Of a DNA stretch of 64,000 bases, positions 27,285 to 37,182 are shown one piece after another. A program made the position numbers and the translations under genes. Origin of the DNA: a virus. Location of the stretch: positions 1-64,000 of the IMG/VR virus record IMGVR_UViG_3300028840_004217; one strand, given 5' to 3'. Each line of letters begins with the position of its first letter. The stretch's first letter is position 1. The notes under the pieces are model-generated. The model made no database searches and was not told the origin of the DNA. It saw only the letters and a list, made by a program, of their open reading frames with translations.

Positions 27285-30059
27285 ATGACTGAAATTCAAG
27301 AGCAGGCCCCACCGATGTTTTCGGTGATCATACCGTGTTACAATCAGCTTGAGTACACGATGGGCGCAGTGAACTCGCTGATGACGCACACGGACGACTT
27401 CGAGCTGATCCTGGTGGACGACGCCTCCACGGACGAGACACCCGAATACCTCGCCGGCCTCCAGCGTCGTGCCCCGGCAGAGTTCCCCAACTGCCGCCGC
27501 ATCGATGTCATACGCAACGAGACCAGCCTGGGGTTCACCCTGTCGTGTTCGACAGCCGCGAAACAGGCCACCGGCTCCCACCTGATTTTCTTCAACAACG
27601 ACGCGGTGGCCACGCCCTTCTGGGCCGCGCGGATGGCGGCGTGCCTGGCCGAGATGAATGAGCAACTGCCCATAGGCGAGTTCGCCCTGTGCGGACCGGC
27701 CACCAATTTCGCGGCGGGCCTCCAGATGATTCAGGACATACCTCGCCCCTTCGACATGAACATCCTCGACGCCTATGCCGAGCAGTGGTACCAGAACAAC
27801 CAGCAGAACTGGCGGTACTGTGGGTTCCTGTCCGGTTTCTGCCTGATGATCACGCGGAAGTGTTGGGATGACCTGGGCGGGTTCGACGATCAGTTCTCGC
27901 CGGGCGGGTTCGAGGACAACGACATCTGCCTGCGTGCCTGGCGTGCCGGATACCGTTCCGTCATCGCGGGCGACACGTTCGTGTGGCACCACGGCTCCCG
28001 CACGATGCGCCGTCCCGATCGCAACTACATGAAGGGCGGCCTCCACAACCGGGGCAAATACTACATCAAATACTGGAACGAGTCGGGCGAGGAACGCGTG
28101 CCCGTCGTCGCCGGGTACCGCGTCAAGAATGGCGCGAAGTGGCTCCGCATGAGCCTCAAGAAAACGCTCCAGGTGGTCGATCACGTCTGCATCCTCGACG
28201 ACGGCAGCACCGACAGCACACCCCGCATCATCAACAGCCTGAAAAAGAAACACCCCGGCATGATCACCAACGTCCGGTACAACAGGCCGTTCCAGGAACT
28301 GCGCGACAGGAACGAGCTGTGGGACATGATGCACGCCGTGGGCAAAGAGCTGCGGCCCGACCTGCCGGGGTGGGGCATCATCCTGGATGCCGACGAAGTG
28401 TTCGAGGACAAGGTGACGGCCGACTATCTCCAGATGCTGGCGCGGCCCGTGCATCCCGACGTGCACGGGTATGTGTTCAAGGTGGACACCTTCTGGCGGG
28501 GCCGTGAGAAAATCAGGATCGACGGAACCTTCGGCAACCTGAAGGGCGTCCGCATGGTTCGCTTCGGCGCCGAGCAACGCCTGTGGACGCCGCACCCGCA
28601 GGGTCTGCACTGCGGCAACACGCCGATGGTGCCGCCCGACTGGCTGGCCCTCACCAACGTGCACCTCAAACACTACGGCTACGAGTCCTACGACCTGGCC
28701 AAGAAAAAATTCGAGTTCTATCATGTGACCGACTCGGTGAAGGACCCGGTGAACGTCGGCGGCGACGGCTCCTACCGCCACCTGATCGACGAGACACAGC
28801 TGTCGATGGTGGACTGGCATGAGGAGAACACGCTGGGCCTCGGCATGATGGGCAGGAACGAAGCCGAGTTCCTGCCGCAGTTTTTCGAGCGCAACTTCTG
28901 GTGGACCGTGTTCGACCAGATGGTATTCGTGGACTGCGGATCGGAGGACGACACCAAAAACCTGGCCCTGGCCTACGGATGCCAGGTGTACGACATGCCC
29001 AAGAGCATCATCTTTCAGGAGGGTCCGCATGAAGGGAAGCTGAAGCACTTCGGCCAGGCCCGCAACTTCGTCAAGAGCAAGCTGGGCACGCGGTGGATCC
29101 TCATGATGGACGCCGACGAGTGGATAGAACGGGCGGACCACCTGGAGCTGTTGCGCCTCCTGGAGCATGACATCGTGGCCTACCGCATCAACGTGGCGAA
29201 CCACCAGCCCAACGGAAGCATCTCCCACTCCGAGTCATTCAGGCTGTACCGCAACATAGAGGACGTGTACTGGACGCAGCACGTGCATGAGTCGCTGGAA
29301 ACGGCGTTGCAGCGCATGGGCCCTGCCGGGCTGACGGGCATCGCCCCGTTCATCGTTCATCATCTCGGCTACATGCGCGGCCCCGATTATGTGCAGGGCA
29401 AGCTGGAGCACTACGCCGACCTGAACAGGCTCGACGTGCGGGCCGACCCTGCGGACGCGCGGCCCTACTTCAACCTGGCCCTCCACGAACTCAACGAGGG
29501 CAACAACGAGGAGGGGGCGGAGCTGCTGTCCAAGGCGTGCGACCTGAACCCCAACTTCATGCAGGCGTATAAAGAACTCGGCATGGTCTATTTCCGTCGT
29601 TCTCTGCCCCTGTTTGAACACGCCCTCAACGTGGTGTCGCCCGAGCATCCTGCCGCGCCGGGTCTCAAAGAGATCGTGGACTTCGCACGGAAGGCGGCGA
29701 TAGAGCCGTTGAAGGTGGGCAACCCGAACAAGCCGTCGCCAGAGGACGCCGAAGAAACGCAGGAGACTGAAGAAGCGGCGGCGGACGTGGTACCAGAAGG
29801 GGAGGACGAGAAAACAGGGATAGACGCGCTGCGAGAGGCCCCTGTCGATCCGGTGGCGGAGCAGTTGGGCGAAGCACTCACGGCGGCGGATGAGATCATC
29901 GCGGAACACACCGAGGAAGTCGTGAAGGAAATCGGTGAACAAGAGGACCGCGCCATAACAGGAGAACAGGATGTCATTCATAGCGGCGACGATGATACGG
30001 GTGAAGATGGACCCTCTGGACCCCGGAAATCCGACACCGATGATGAAGCGGCTGGATGA
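27285..30059 (+). CDS. multidomain glycosyltransferase (three GT2-type domains plus TPR)
   Basis: SVIIPCYN...LVDDAST...FNND; ILDDGSTD...LDADE; FVDCGSED...MDADE; TPR-like PYFNLA...YKELG; acidic tail. Confidence 0.85.
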   Translation: MTEIQEQAPPMFSVIIPCYNQLEYTMGAVNSLMTHTDDFELILVDDASTDETPEYLAGLQRRAPAEFPNCRRIDVIRNETSLGFTLSCSTAAKQATGSHLIFFNNDAVATPFWAARMAACLAEMNEQLPIGEFALCGPATNFAAGLQMIQDIPRPFDMNILDAYAEQWYQNNQQNWRYCGFLSGFCLMITRKCWDDLGGFDDQFSPGGFEDNDICLRAWRAGYRSVIAGDTFVWHHGSRTMRRPDRNYMKGGLHNRGKYYIKYWNESGEERVPVVAGYRVKNGAKWLRMSLKKTLQVVDHVCILDDGSTDSTPRIINSLKKKHPGMITNVRYNRPFQELRDRNELWDMMHAVGKELRPDLPGWGIILDADEVFEDKVTADYLQMLARPVHPDVHGYVFKVDTFWRGREKIRIDGTFGNLKGVRMVRFGAEQRLWTPHPQGLHCGNTPMVPPDWLALTNVHLKHYGYESYDLAKKKFEFYHVTDSVKDPVNVGGDGSYRHLIDETQLSMVDWHEENTLGLGMMGRNEAEFLPQFFERNFWWTVFDQMVFVDCGSEDDTKNLALAYGCQVYDMPKSIIFQEGPHEGKLKHFGQARNFVKSKLGTRWILMMDADEWIERADHLELLRLLEHDIVAYRINVANHQPNGSISHSESFRLYRNIEDVYWTQHVHESLETALQRMGPAGLTGIAPFIVHHLGYMRGPDYVQGKLEHYADLNRLDVRADPADARPYFNLALHELNEGNNEEGAELLSKACDLNPNFMQAYKELGMVYFRRSLPLFEHALNVVSPEHPAAPGLKEIVDFARKAAIEPLKVGNPNKPSPEDAEETQETEEAAADVVPEGEDEKTGIDALREAPVDPVAEQLGEALTAADEIIAEHTEEVVKEIGEQEDRAITGEQDVIHSGDDDTGEDGPSGPRKSDTDDEAAG

Positions 30060-30501
30060 AGTCGAGTCGCACAAAGATTGGGCCCTGACGCACCAGCTCA
30101 ACTGGGGCCTCATTCTGACGGACCACGACGCCCTCTACACCGGTCCTATCGTCAAGTTCAAGTATGAGGGTGCGATGCTGCCCCTGTGGGCGCATCCCGA
30201 CCAGCGCCTCGCCTGTCCCGGCAACTACGGCAAAGGGTACCGGTGGGTGTCGCTCAAGAAACTGGAACCCGGCTCGATCATCTGGTTCGTGGCGGCGGAC
30301 ACCCGGCATCCGGAGCCGCTCAAGACCGTGCGCATCACGGACTACGACGTGGTGCACGTCAACCACGAGCCTATGATGACCGTGACCGTGATGGAGGAGC
30401 TGTCCTTCATAGCGCACGACGTGATCTGTCACCGCAACCCTGAAGGGTTCAAAGCGGACCGGTCCTTGAGTCCGGCTGCGGCTTTCGGCAACGGGAGGTA
30501 A
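29971..30501 (+). CDS. stand-alone Hint/intein-like protein
   Basis: GGAG RBS; M-SFIAATMIRV (block A-like), WAHPDQRL (B-like), WVSLKKLEPG, MMTVTV...SFIAHDVICHRN (F/G-like). Confidence 0.6.
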   Translation: MSFIAATMIRVKMDPLDPGNPTPMMKRLDEVESHKDWALTHQLNWGLILTDHDALYTGPIVKFKYEGAMLPLWAHPDQRLACPGNYGKGYRWVSLKKLEPGSIIWFVAADTRHPEPLKTVRITDYDVVHVNHEPMMTVTVMEELSFIAHDVICHRNPEGFKADRSLSPAAAFGNGR

Positions 30502-30503
30502 TC

Positions 30504-30929
30504 GTGGACAAGGTACGTCAGCTCATACGGTTGTCTATCGTGAACGAAACGGGCGCGTCGGCGATCACGAACGTGGTGGCCGACCGGGTGTACCCGTCGC
30601 AGGTGGCGGCGCAGCCCAACCCGGTCTACCCGTGCCTGTGCTTTCAGATACAGGCGGGCGTGGGTGAGGCGGTGACGAACGTGTGGCAGGGCACGATGCG
30701 GACGTGGTGCTGGTCCGACCAGAATGAAGTGGGCACGTATGACGACGCGGTGGCTCTGCACCAGGCATTGGAGACCTACTGGCACCGCCAGTCGTTCAAT
30801 GACGCGACCCTGTTGCGGGCGGTGGCCTTGTCGATCCTGGGTGTGCCGACGCAATTTTTCGATCCTGACGTGCGGGCCTACGCCGCCGTCGCTGACTGGA
30901 ACCTGTTCGCCTCGGAGCTGACTTCATGA
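30504..30929 (+). CDS. tail terminator / tail completion protein
   Basis: ITNVVADRVYP...YPCLCF motif; lies upstream of the tail tube gene. Confidence 0.65.
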   Translation: MDKVRQLIRLSIVNETGASAITNVVADRVYPSQVAAQPNPVYPCLCFQIQAGVGEAVTNVWQGTMRTWCWSDQNEVGTYDDAVALHQALETYWHRQSFNDATLLRAVALSILGVPTQFFDPDVRAYAAVADWNLFASELTS

Positions 30930-31240
30930 CGGAGCCACAGCGACCCCACCACGAGGTCATCCTGGAGGCCACGCATGCCAAACTGCGCAACCGGTTCGGA
31001 TCACGCGTGTGGGGATGCAAGCAGTGTGATGCCGTCCTGGGTGTGTTCAACGAGGACTTCACCGCGCTGGAGATCGCTTCACAGCGCGTCAACATGACCA
31101 TCGCCGGAGGGCAGATACAGCGCACCTGCTACCGGTGTGATACGGTCAACCAGCTGGCGACACGGGGACACGACACCGTGGCCAGCTATTTGAAAGAGAA
31201 CGATATTCGCCCCGTGTATGAGTCAAACGACGACTCATGA
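30926..31240 (+). CDS. zinc-ribbon hypothetical protein
   Basis: CKQC...CYRC pairs. Confidence 0.5.
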   Translation: MTEPQRPHHEVILEATHAKLRNRFGSRVWGCKQCDAVLGVFNEDFTALEIASQRVNMTIAGGQIQRTCYRCDTVNQLATRGHDTVASYLKENDIRPVYESNDDS

Positions 31241-31293
31241 CACGCTCGTACTGACGTACTGGCCTCTGCTCATATCAGTGAAAGGTGAGAGCG

Positions 31294-31875
31294 ATGGCAC
31301 AGAACGTAAACACCAATGATGTATACCAGCTCGGATTCGGGCCGTGGACGCTCAACATAGGGGCCTACAACCCGACGGCGGCGGGCGGCACGCCCGCCAC
31401 CAGCGTGGGCGCAGTGTCGGGTCCCGCGACGTTGACGCCGAACCGGACGGTGGTGCCCGTCATGCAGGGTGCGCCGGCGAAGGAGATCGACGCCTTCGTG
31501 TCCGAGGAATCGCTGGAGGTCGCCTTCACGGGCATCCAGTGGAACCTGCCGCTGATACAGCAGGCCCTCGGCGGCGGACCGACACCGACGGTCAGCGGTG
31601 ACGCCACCACGTTCGACATGGGCAACGACGTCCTGATGACGCAGCTTTCGTTGCAGGCGACGCACGTGATGCCCAACGGCGGAACCGTGGTGCTCAACGT
31701 CTGGAAGGCGCGCGGAAACGGAACGGTGCCCATCACGATACCGCCCGACAACGTGCACCAGGCGTCCTACACGTTCATGGCCGTGGAAGGGCTGTCCGAC
31801 TGGACCAATGCGGCGTTGGCAGCCAAGAGCAAGCTGTTCCAGATCGTGTACACCAAGCCACCCGCAGCACCATAA
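31294..31875 (+). CDS. major tail (tube) protein
   Basis: LGFGP...VGAVSG...LNVWKA pattern, size, and position before the chaperone and tape measure genes. Confidence 0.7.
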   Translation: MAQNVNTNDVYQLGFGPWTLNIGAYNPTAAGGTPATSVGAVSGPATLTPNRTVVPVMQGAPAKEIDAFVSEESLEVAFTGIQWNLPLIQQALGGGPTPTVSGDATTFDMGNDVLMTQLSLQATHVMPNGGTVVLNVWKARGNGTVPITIPPDNVHQASYTFMAVEGLSDWTNAALAAKSKLFQIVYTKPPAAP

Positions 31876-31890
31876 GGAAGGTGAAACAGA

Positions 31891-32343
31891 ATGACTCGTA
31901 CACCAAAGGACAAGGCCGTGGACGACGCGTTCGCCCGGTCGTCCTCGTACATCACCACTCTCGACGGCGAACAGGTCGAAGTGATCGGCTCGGCACGACA
32001 GACGATACGGTTCACGCAGACGCTGGGCACGCAGATCGACGTGATCAAGAAGGCCCTCCCTCTGCCCAAGGACATCACCGGGGTCAAGGCGAAAGACCTG
32101 CTGGAGATGTTGCCCGCCATCGCGCAGACGCTGCCTGAAACGATCCTGGCCCTGGCCGCCGCCGTACTCGACAGGGACGGGGAGGAAGTCGCGGACACGT
32201 TCAGCATGAACGAACTGTTCGACATGCTCGTCCCTTTTTTTCAGTCACAGCAGAAGATGATCATGACGATCGTGCAGGCCGTCAACCAGGCACAGGGACG
32301 GCAGGCGCGGACGCCACCGGCGACGCCAGAAGCAGAAGCATAG
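31891..32343 (+). CDS. tail assembly chaperone (G)
   Basis: Position; slippery C-CCT-TTT-TTT at 32232-32241. Confidence 0.7.
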   Translation: MTRTPKDKAVDDAFARSSSYITTLDGEQVEVIGSARQTIRFTQTLGTQIDVIKKALPLPKDITGVKAKDLLEMLPAIAQTLPETILALAAAVLDRDGEEVADTFSMNELFDMLVPFFQSQQKMIMTIVQAVNQAQGRQARTPPATPEAEA

Positions 32344-32561
32344 ATTCAACGGCCGATCTGGTCGAGTTCTTCGCGGAGGTCTACGGTTGGACCGCCACGG
32401 AGACCCTGGACCAGCACACGATGCGCGAACTCCGCGCCATCCTCGACGCTCGTCACCGACGCGCCAACCCCCAGGCGGCGCAACCGCAGCATGAGTTGAC
32501 CGAGGAGGACGTGTACGGCCTGATGTCGGCGGGTCTGCCGGTGGAGATCATAGAGGAATGA
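32232..32561 (+). other. -1 programmed frameshift extension (chaperone GT)
   Basis: The -1 frame is open from the slippery site to TGA 32559-32561 and encodes ...DLVEFFAEVYGWTATETLDQHTMRELRAIL... Confidence 0.7.
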
Positions 32562-32564
32562 TCG

Positions 32565-33017
32565 ATGCCGCTCCGCGGACAAGAAAAAGTACTGGCGAAC
32601 TTCGACAGAGAACGCCAACGCCTCATCACCTCCGTAGAGAAGAACGCCCGCGAGATGGCGGAATTTCTTCTCAAGAAGATACGCGAGAACGCTTCCCTCA
32701 CAGACCACACCCTGGATGACCTGCGGCAGCTGGGCCACCCCTATGCGAAGCGCAACCCGCGCCCGCCGCACACCCCCTGGTGGCTCATACACAGACAGTC
32801 GGGTACACTCGTGGACGCCCTGGAGATGGACAACCCCGCGCCCGGTCACTACCGCGTCGGGTTCGATGAAAACAGAGCGCCGCACGTACCCTATGTACTG
32901 CTCGGCACCCGCACGATGATAGGCCGTGACATACTCAATGAGACGGTCCGCGCGGAGGCCGAGAATCTGCGCAAGATATTCGCGAAGGACATACGGGCAT
33001 TCAGGAGGGTATCATGA
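32565..33017 (+). CDS. HK97 gp10-like neck/tail component
   Basis: LRGQEKVLANF...QSGTLVDAL...VGF...APHVPYVLLGTRTMIGRD. Confidence 0.65.
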   Translation: MPLRGQEKVLANFDRERQRLITSVEKNAREMAEFLLKKIRENASLTDHTLDDLRQLGHPYAKRNPRPPHTPWWLIHRQSGTLVDALEMDNPAPGHYRVGFDENRAPHVPYVLLGTRTMIGRDILNETVRAEAENLRKIFAKDIRAFRRVS

Positions 33018-36000
33018 GCCTCGGCCAGTGGTTGATCGACATCGACGTGGGCCTGTCGTCCTTGGGCAGCAAACTCGGGCAGGCGCGGACGCAGATCGTC
33101 AAGTTCGGAAACGACGCGTCAGCGGCGATCCTGAAAAACGAACAGGCGTTCCAGTCGGCGGGCATCGCCATAGCGGGGTTCGGCGCGGCCATCACGGGCG
33201 CCCTCGCCGTGGCCGTCAAGTTCGGTTCCGACTTCGACCAGAGCATGGCCAAGGTCAGAGCCGTGACGCAGGCCACGGGCAAGGACTTCACGGACCTGCG
33301 TGAGATGGCGATACAGCTCGGTATCGACACGGAGTTCAGCGCGAAGCAGGCGGCGGACGGCATCGCCATCCTGGGCCGCGCCGGTTTCGAGACCACCGAG
33401 ATCATGGACGCCCTGCCGGGCGTCCTCGACCTGGCTGCGGCGGGTGAGCTGGCTCTGGCTGACGCCGCCGACATCGCGGCGTCCTCGCTCGGCGGCTTCA
33501 ACGAAGAATCCTCGGAGGCCGCACGGCTGGCCGACATCCTGGCGGCAGCGGCGTCCAGCGCGAACACCACCGTGGCAAACATGGGCCAGGCATTCGTGTT
33601 CGCCGCTCCCATCGCTGGCACCCTCGGCATAGAGATGGAGGAGGTCGCCGCGGCCATCGGTCTGTTGGGCGACGCGGGTATACAGGCGACGATGGCCGGT
33701 ACGGGTCTGCGCCGTATGCTCACCTCCCTGCTGAACCCCTCGAAAGAGAACAAAGAGCTGATGCAGGAGTTGGGGCTGTCGGCCACCAACCTGGACGGCT
33801 CCTACAAGTCGCTCACCGAGATCGTGTCCGACCTGGAGGACGCGAACATATCTGCGGGCGACGCGTTCAAGATATTCGGGGAACGGGGCGGCAACATAGC
33901 GACCATCCTCAAGAACACGGGATCGCCCGCCCTCCAGCAGTTCACGCGTGACCTGGAGAACAGCGAGGGCGAGGCGCGGCGCATGGCCGAAACCTTGCTC
34001 GACTCGCTGGCGGGTTCCTTCCGGCTGTTGGGATCCTCGATAGAGACCTTCATGATCGCCCTGTCGGGTACGGGCCAGACCGGGCTGCAGGGCGGACTCC
34101 GCAGGGTCGTCGATACGGTGATCGAAGTGATCAACGCTATGACGCAGTGGATGACGCAGAATCCGGAGCTGACGCGCATCATCGTCGTGACCGTGGGCGT
34201 GATCGGCACGATGGCGACGGCGTTGGGCGCGGTCCTCCTCATCATTCCCAAATTAGCGGCGGCGTGGGTCGCCTTCGCCACCCTGCTCGGCACGTCTACA
34301 GCATTGACGGGGCCTATCGGGATCGCTCTGGCCGCGATCACCGCCATAGGTGTGGCTATAGGGTTGTGGCTCACGCGGACAGACGAGATGATCGACGCCT
34401 CCGCGCAGGGGGCCATAGCGATGGACAGGCAGGCCAAGGAGCTGTCCAACCTGTTGCTGCGCTATGACGAGCTGAACGAAAAGACGGCCCTGACCAAAGA
34501 GGAGCAGAAGGAGCTGGCCAGCATCACCAAGACCCTCTCGCGTGAGGTGGGCGTGGAGGCCACCACGTTCAACGACGCGGGCGAGGCCGTCGCCGTCAAC
34601 ACGAAGGCGGTGAAGGCGCTCATTCTTGAGAAGCAGGAGCTGCGCGACGCGATGCTGGCCGAACTGAACCGCCAGGAGGCGGAGACGGAGGAGCGGCTCG
34701 TCGAGGTGCGGGAACAGCGTGCCCAGGTGACGGCGGACCTCACGAAGGCGGAGGCCGACCTGGTGACGGCGCAGGCGGCGGTGAACAAAGGGTTGGGCGG
34801 CGGGTTCGATGCGGTGAAACTCTACGAAGGCAAAGTCAAGACCCTCAAGAACGAGCACACCGGCCTCACCAATGAGATGCTGGAGCTGAACAAAACGCTG
34901 GACGACACGCGGGCCGAGATCGATGTGGTGACGGAGAAGGGCGACGAGTTCAGCCGGGTGTTGCAGCAACTCCAGGAGAACGCGGAGGACCTGGCGGACA
35001 CGGCGGACATGGGCGTGGCCCCCACCCTGCGCGAGCTGGCCGTCAAGACGCTGCCCAACACCACGGACATGGTGGGCCAGTTGGACCGCAAGATCGAAGA
35101 ACTCGGTGAGGACGCGCCCCGCAAGTTGAAGCTGGTGGGTAGTGCCGCCGAGGACATGAGGGACGAAGTTGTGGAGGCGGCGGAGGCCATACAGCGGTCT
35201 ATGTCGGCCAAGTTCGTGGACGGGTTCCTGGATGCCTACGTGGAGATCGTGTCCAAGTGGGGTGACACCACACAACAGCTTGAGGACCTGGGTGCGGGTA
35301 CGGCCAGGGCGTTGGGCGACTTCTTCAAGGAGGGTTTCATCTCCGTCCTCAAACTCGACCTGGACGGCCTCCTGGATGCGTTCAAGAATTTCTTTGGCCG
35401 CGTGTTCGACATGTTCATCAACATGGTGGCCGAGATGCTGGCGGCGCGGGCGTTCACTGCTCTGCTCAATGCGATGTCGAGCATCTTCGGCGGCGGTGGT
35501 GGCGGTGGCGGCGGCGCAGGCAGCGTCGCGCAGACCGTGGTGGAAGCGGGCGCGAGTGCCGGGACCACGGCGGCGATAGGCGCACTGACCGGTGGTGGTG
35601 CGGCGGCTGCGGCTGGCGCGGGCGGTGGTGCGGCGGCGGCAGGAGCGACGACGGCTGCGGCTGGCGGTGGTGCGACGGCTGCTGGTGGAGGTGGTGCGGC
35701 GGCGGCGGGTGCAGGCGCACTCGGCGGATTGGCGGCGGGCGCGGGTGGCCTTGTGTTCGGCGCACTCCTCGACGCATTTCTGCCGTCGGGCATCTCCCTC
35801 GAAGAACGCATCGCGGCGGGCAAGCTGCGCAACCAGGACTTCATGAAACAGCGGACCATACAGGCCGAGGGCGTCGTCAGCGGTACGCTCAACGTGCTGC
35901 GCAAGATGTTCGAGGGCGGACAGCTCACGATGGCCCTTGCCAACGACCAGATCAACAACATGACGTCGCAGTTCGAACAGCTTCCGTTCAGCGTCGCCGG

Positions 36001-36388
36001 GTTCACCCTGTGGAAGCCGTTTGGCACGTTCGCGGAGTGGGTGACAGACCTGCGGAGTAAGATCGCCATGTCGCTGGCCGAAGGAGAGCTGATGTTCCGG
36101 CGCGGCGGTGTGGTAACGAGTCCGTTCCGCGGCATGGTGTCTATGGCCGAGGACGAACCCGAGATCGTGGCCCCCCTGTCGCGCCTGGGTGAAGTGGTGG
36201 ACCAGCTCGCGTCTGCGGGCGGCGGCGCGGGCACGACGGTCAACCTGACCATACAGACGCTCGACATAGACCGGAACGCACCCGACATCATCCGGTTCGT
36301 CAGAGAGGATCTTATGCCGATCATTCGCGATGAGACGCACGACGGCACGCCCCTCGCTTTCGAGCAGGGCATCGAGGAGGACCTGTAA
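33014..36388 (+). CDS. tape measure protein (TP901-type core)
   Basis: FDQSMAKVRAVT...FSAKQAADG...LPGVLDLAAA...AGTGLRRML; helical, Ala-rich, 1124 aa. Confidence 0.92.
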   Translation: MSLGQWLIDIDVGLSSLGSKLGQARTQIVKFGNDASAAILKNEQAFQSAGIAIAGFGAAITGALAVAVKFGSDFDQSMAKVRAVTQATGKDFTDLREMAIQLGIDTEFSAKQAADGIAILGRAGFETTEIMDALPGVLDLAAAGELALADAADIAASSLGGFNEESSEAARLADILAAAASSANTTVANMGQAFVFAAPIAGTLGIEMEEVAAAIGLLGDAGIQATMAGTGLRRMLTSLLNPSKENKELMQELGLSATNLDGSYKSLTEIVSDLEDANISAGDAFKIFGERGGNIATILKNTGSPALQQFTRDLENSEGEARRMAETLLDSLAGSFRLLGSSIETFMIALSGTGQTGLQGGLRRVVDTVIEVINAMTQWMTQNPELTRIIVVTVGVIGTMATALGAVLLIIPKLAAAWVAFATLLGTSTALTGPIGIALAAITAIGVAIGLWLTRTDEMIDASAQGAIAMDRQAKELSNLLLRYDELNEKTALTKEEQKELASITKTLSREVGVEATTFNDAGEAVAVNTKAVKALILEKQELRDAMLAELNRQEAETEERLVEVREQRAQVTADLTKAEADLVTAQAAVNKGLGGGFDAVKLYEGKVKTLKNEHTGLTNEMLELNKTLDDTRAEIDVVTEKGDEFSRVLQQLQENAEDLADTADMGVAPTLRELAVKTLPNTTDMVGQLDRKIEELGEDAPRKLKLVGSAAEDMRDEVVEAAEAIQRSMSAKFVDGFLDAYVEIVSKWGDTTQQLEDLGAGTARALGDFFKEGFISVLKLDLDGLLDAFKNFFGRVFDMFINMVAEMLAARAFTALLNAMSSIFGGGGGGGGGAGSVAQTVVEAGASAGTTAAIGALTGGGAAAAAGAGGGAAAAGATTAAAGGGATAAGGGGAAAAGAGALGGLAAGAGGLVFGALLDAFLPSGISLEERIAAGKLRNQDFMKQRTIQAEGVVSGTLNVLRKMFEGGQLTMALANDQINNMTSQFEQLPFSVAGFTLWKPFGTFAEWVTDLRSKIAMSLAEGELMFRRGGVVTSPFRGMVSMAEDEPEIVAPLSRLGEVVDQLASAGGGAGTTVNLTIQTLDIDRNAPDIIRFVREDLMPIIRDETHDGTPLAFEQGIEEDL

Positions 36389-37182
36389 TGCCTGCGACCC
36401 TGACGGGTATCAAGCCCCGTTTCCTCTATGACACGTCGGTGTTCGACGGAGCCACGGTGACGACCAACAGCGACACCACGGACCTGCCGGCGACCAACCT
36501 TCAAAACGCCATCGTGCGGCGACCCTGGCGCACCGCAGGCACGACGCAGATGGCGTGGGCCGTCTACGACCTCGGCACGGCCACCGCCGTCGACATGATC
36601 GCCGTGTTCGGCCACAACCTGACCAGCGTGGCCCTCCTGACGATACAGGGGAACGCATCTGACAGCTGGGGGTCGCCCTCGCTCAACGTGGGCCTCACCA
36701 TACCGGCCAACGCGGACAGCGTGCTGTTCGAGAAGGCCGTGTCCTTCGCCACCGGCACGTACCGGTACTGGCGGCTGGCTGTCCAGGGTGCGAATGACGG
36801 TACCTATTGGGAGGTGGGCCGCCTGATGGCAGGCCAGTACTTCGAGCCTACCGTACCGCAAGACCTGCGGGCACAGCGCAGCATAGAGGACCCGTCGATC
36901 ACGGACCGCGCCGACGGGATGCAGACCTACAGCCGAGAGGTGGACCAGTTCTACGTGTACCGCATCAACCAGACCAACCTGTCCCAGGGGGACCGCGACT
37001 CGTGGCTGGCCATGTTTCAGAACAGGGGGACACGCCTCCCCATGGCGATCGCGTTCGACCCGACCAATGACCATAGATTCAACAGGGACACGATATACGG
37101 TAAGATAGCAAGCCCGTTGAAGGAAAGCCTCATACAACTCGAATACGGCACCCTACGAATGAATTTCGCGGAGCAATGGTAA
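36388..37182 (+). CDS. putative distal tail / tail-associated protein
   Basis: Follows the tape measure gene; YDLG...GHNL...YRYWRL...EVGRL discoidin-like motif. Confidence 0.6.
   Translation: MPATLTGIKPRFLYDTSVFDGATVTTNSDTTDLPATNLQNAIVRRPWRTAGTTQMAWAVYDLGTATAVDMIAVFGHNLTSVALLTIQGNASDSWGSPSLNVGLTIPANADSVLFEKAVSFATGTYRYWRLAVQGANDGTYWEVGRLMAGQYFEPTVPQDLRAQRSIEDPSITDRADGMQTYSREVDQFYVYRINQTNLSQGDRDSWLAMFQNRGTRLPMAIAFDPTNDHRFNRDTIYGKIASPLKESLIQLEYGTLRMNFAEQW

Noticed and set aside
35490-35750. GGC/GCG-rich repeat tract
   Set aside because: 3-nt periodic Gly/Ala linker inside the tape measure CDS.
27255-37137. Long antisense ORFs (27255-29228, 34253-36340, 35236-37137; likewise 13196-14410, 23151-24827)
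   Set aside because: Shadow frames of real genes in GC-rich DNA; no motifs or RBS.
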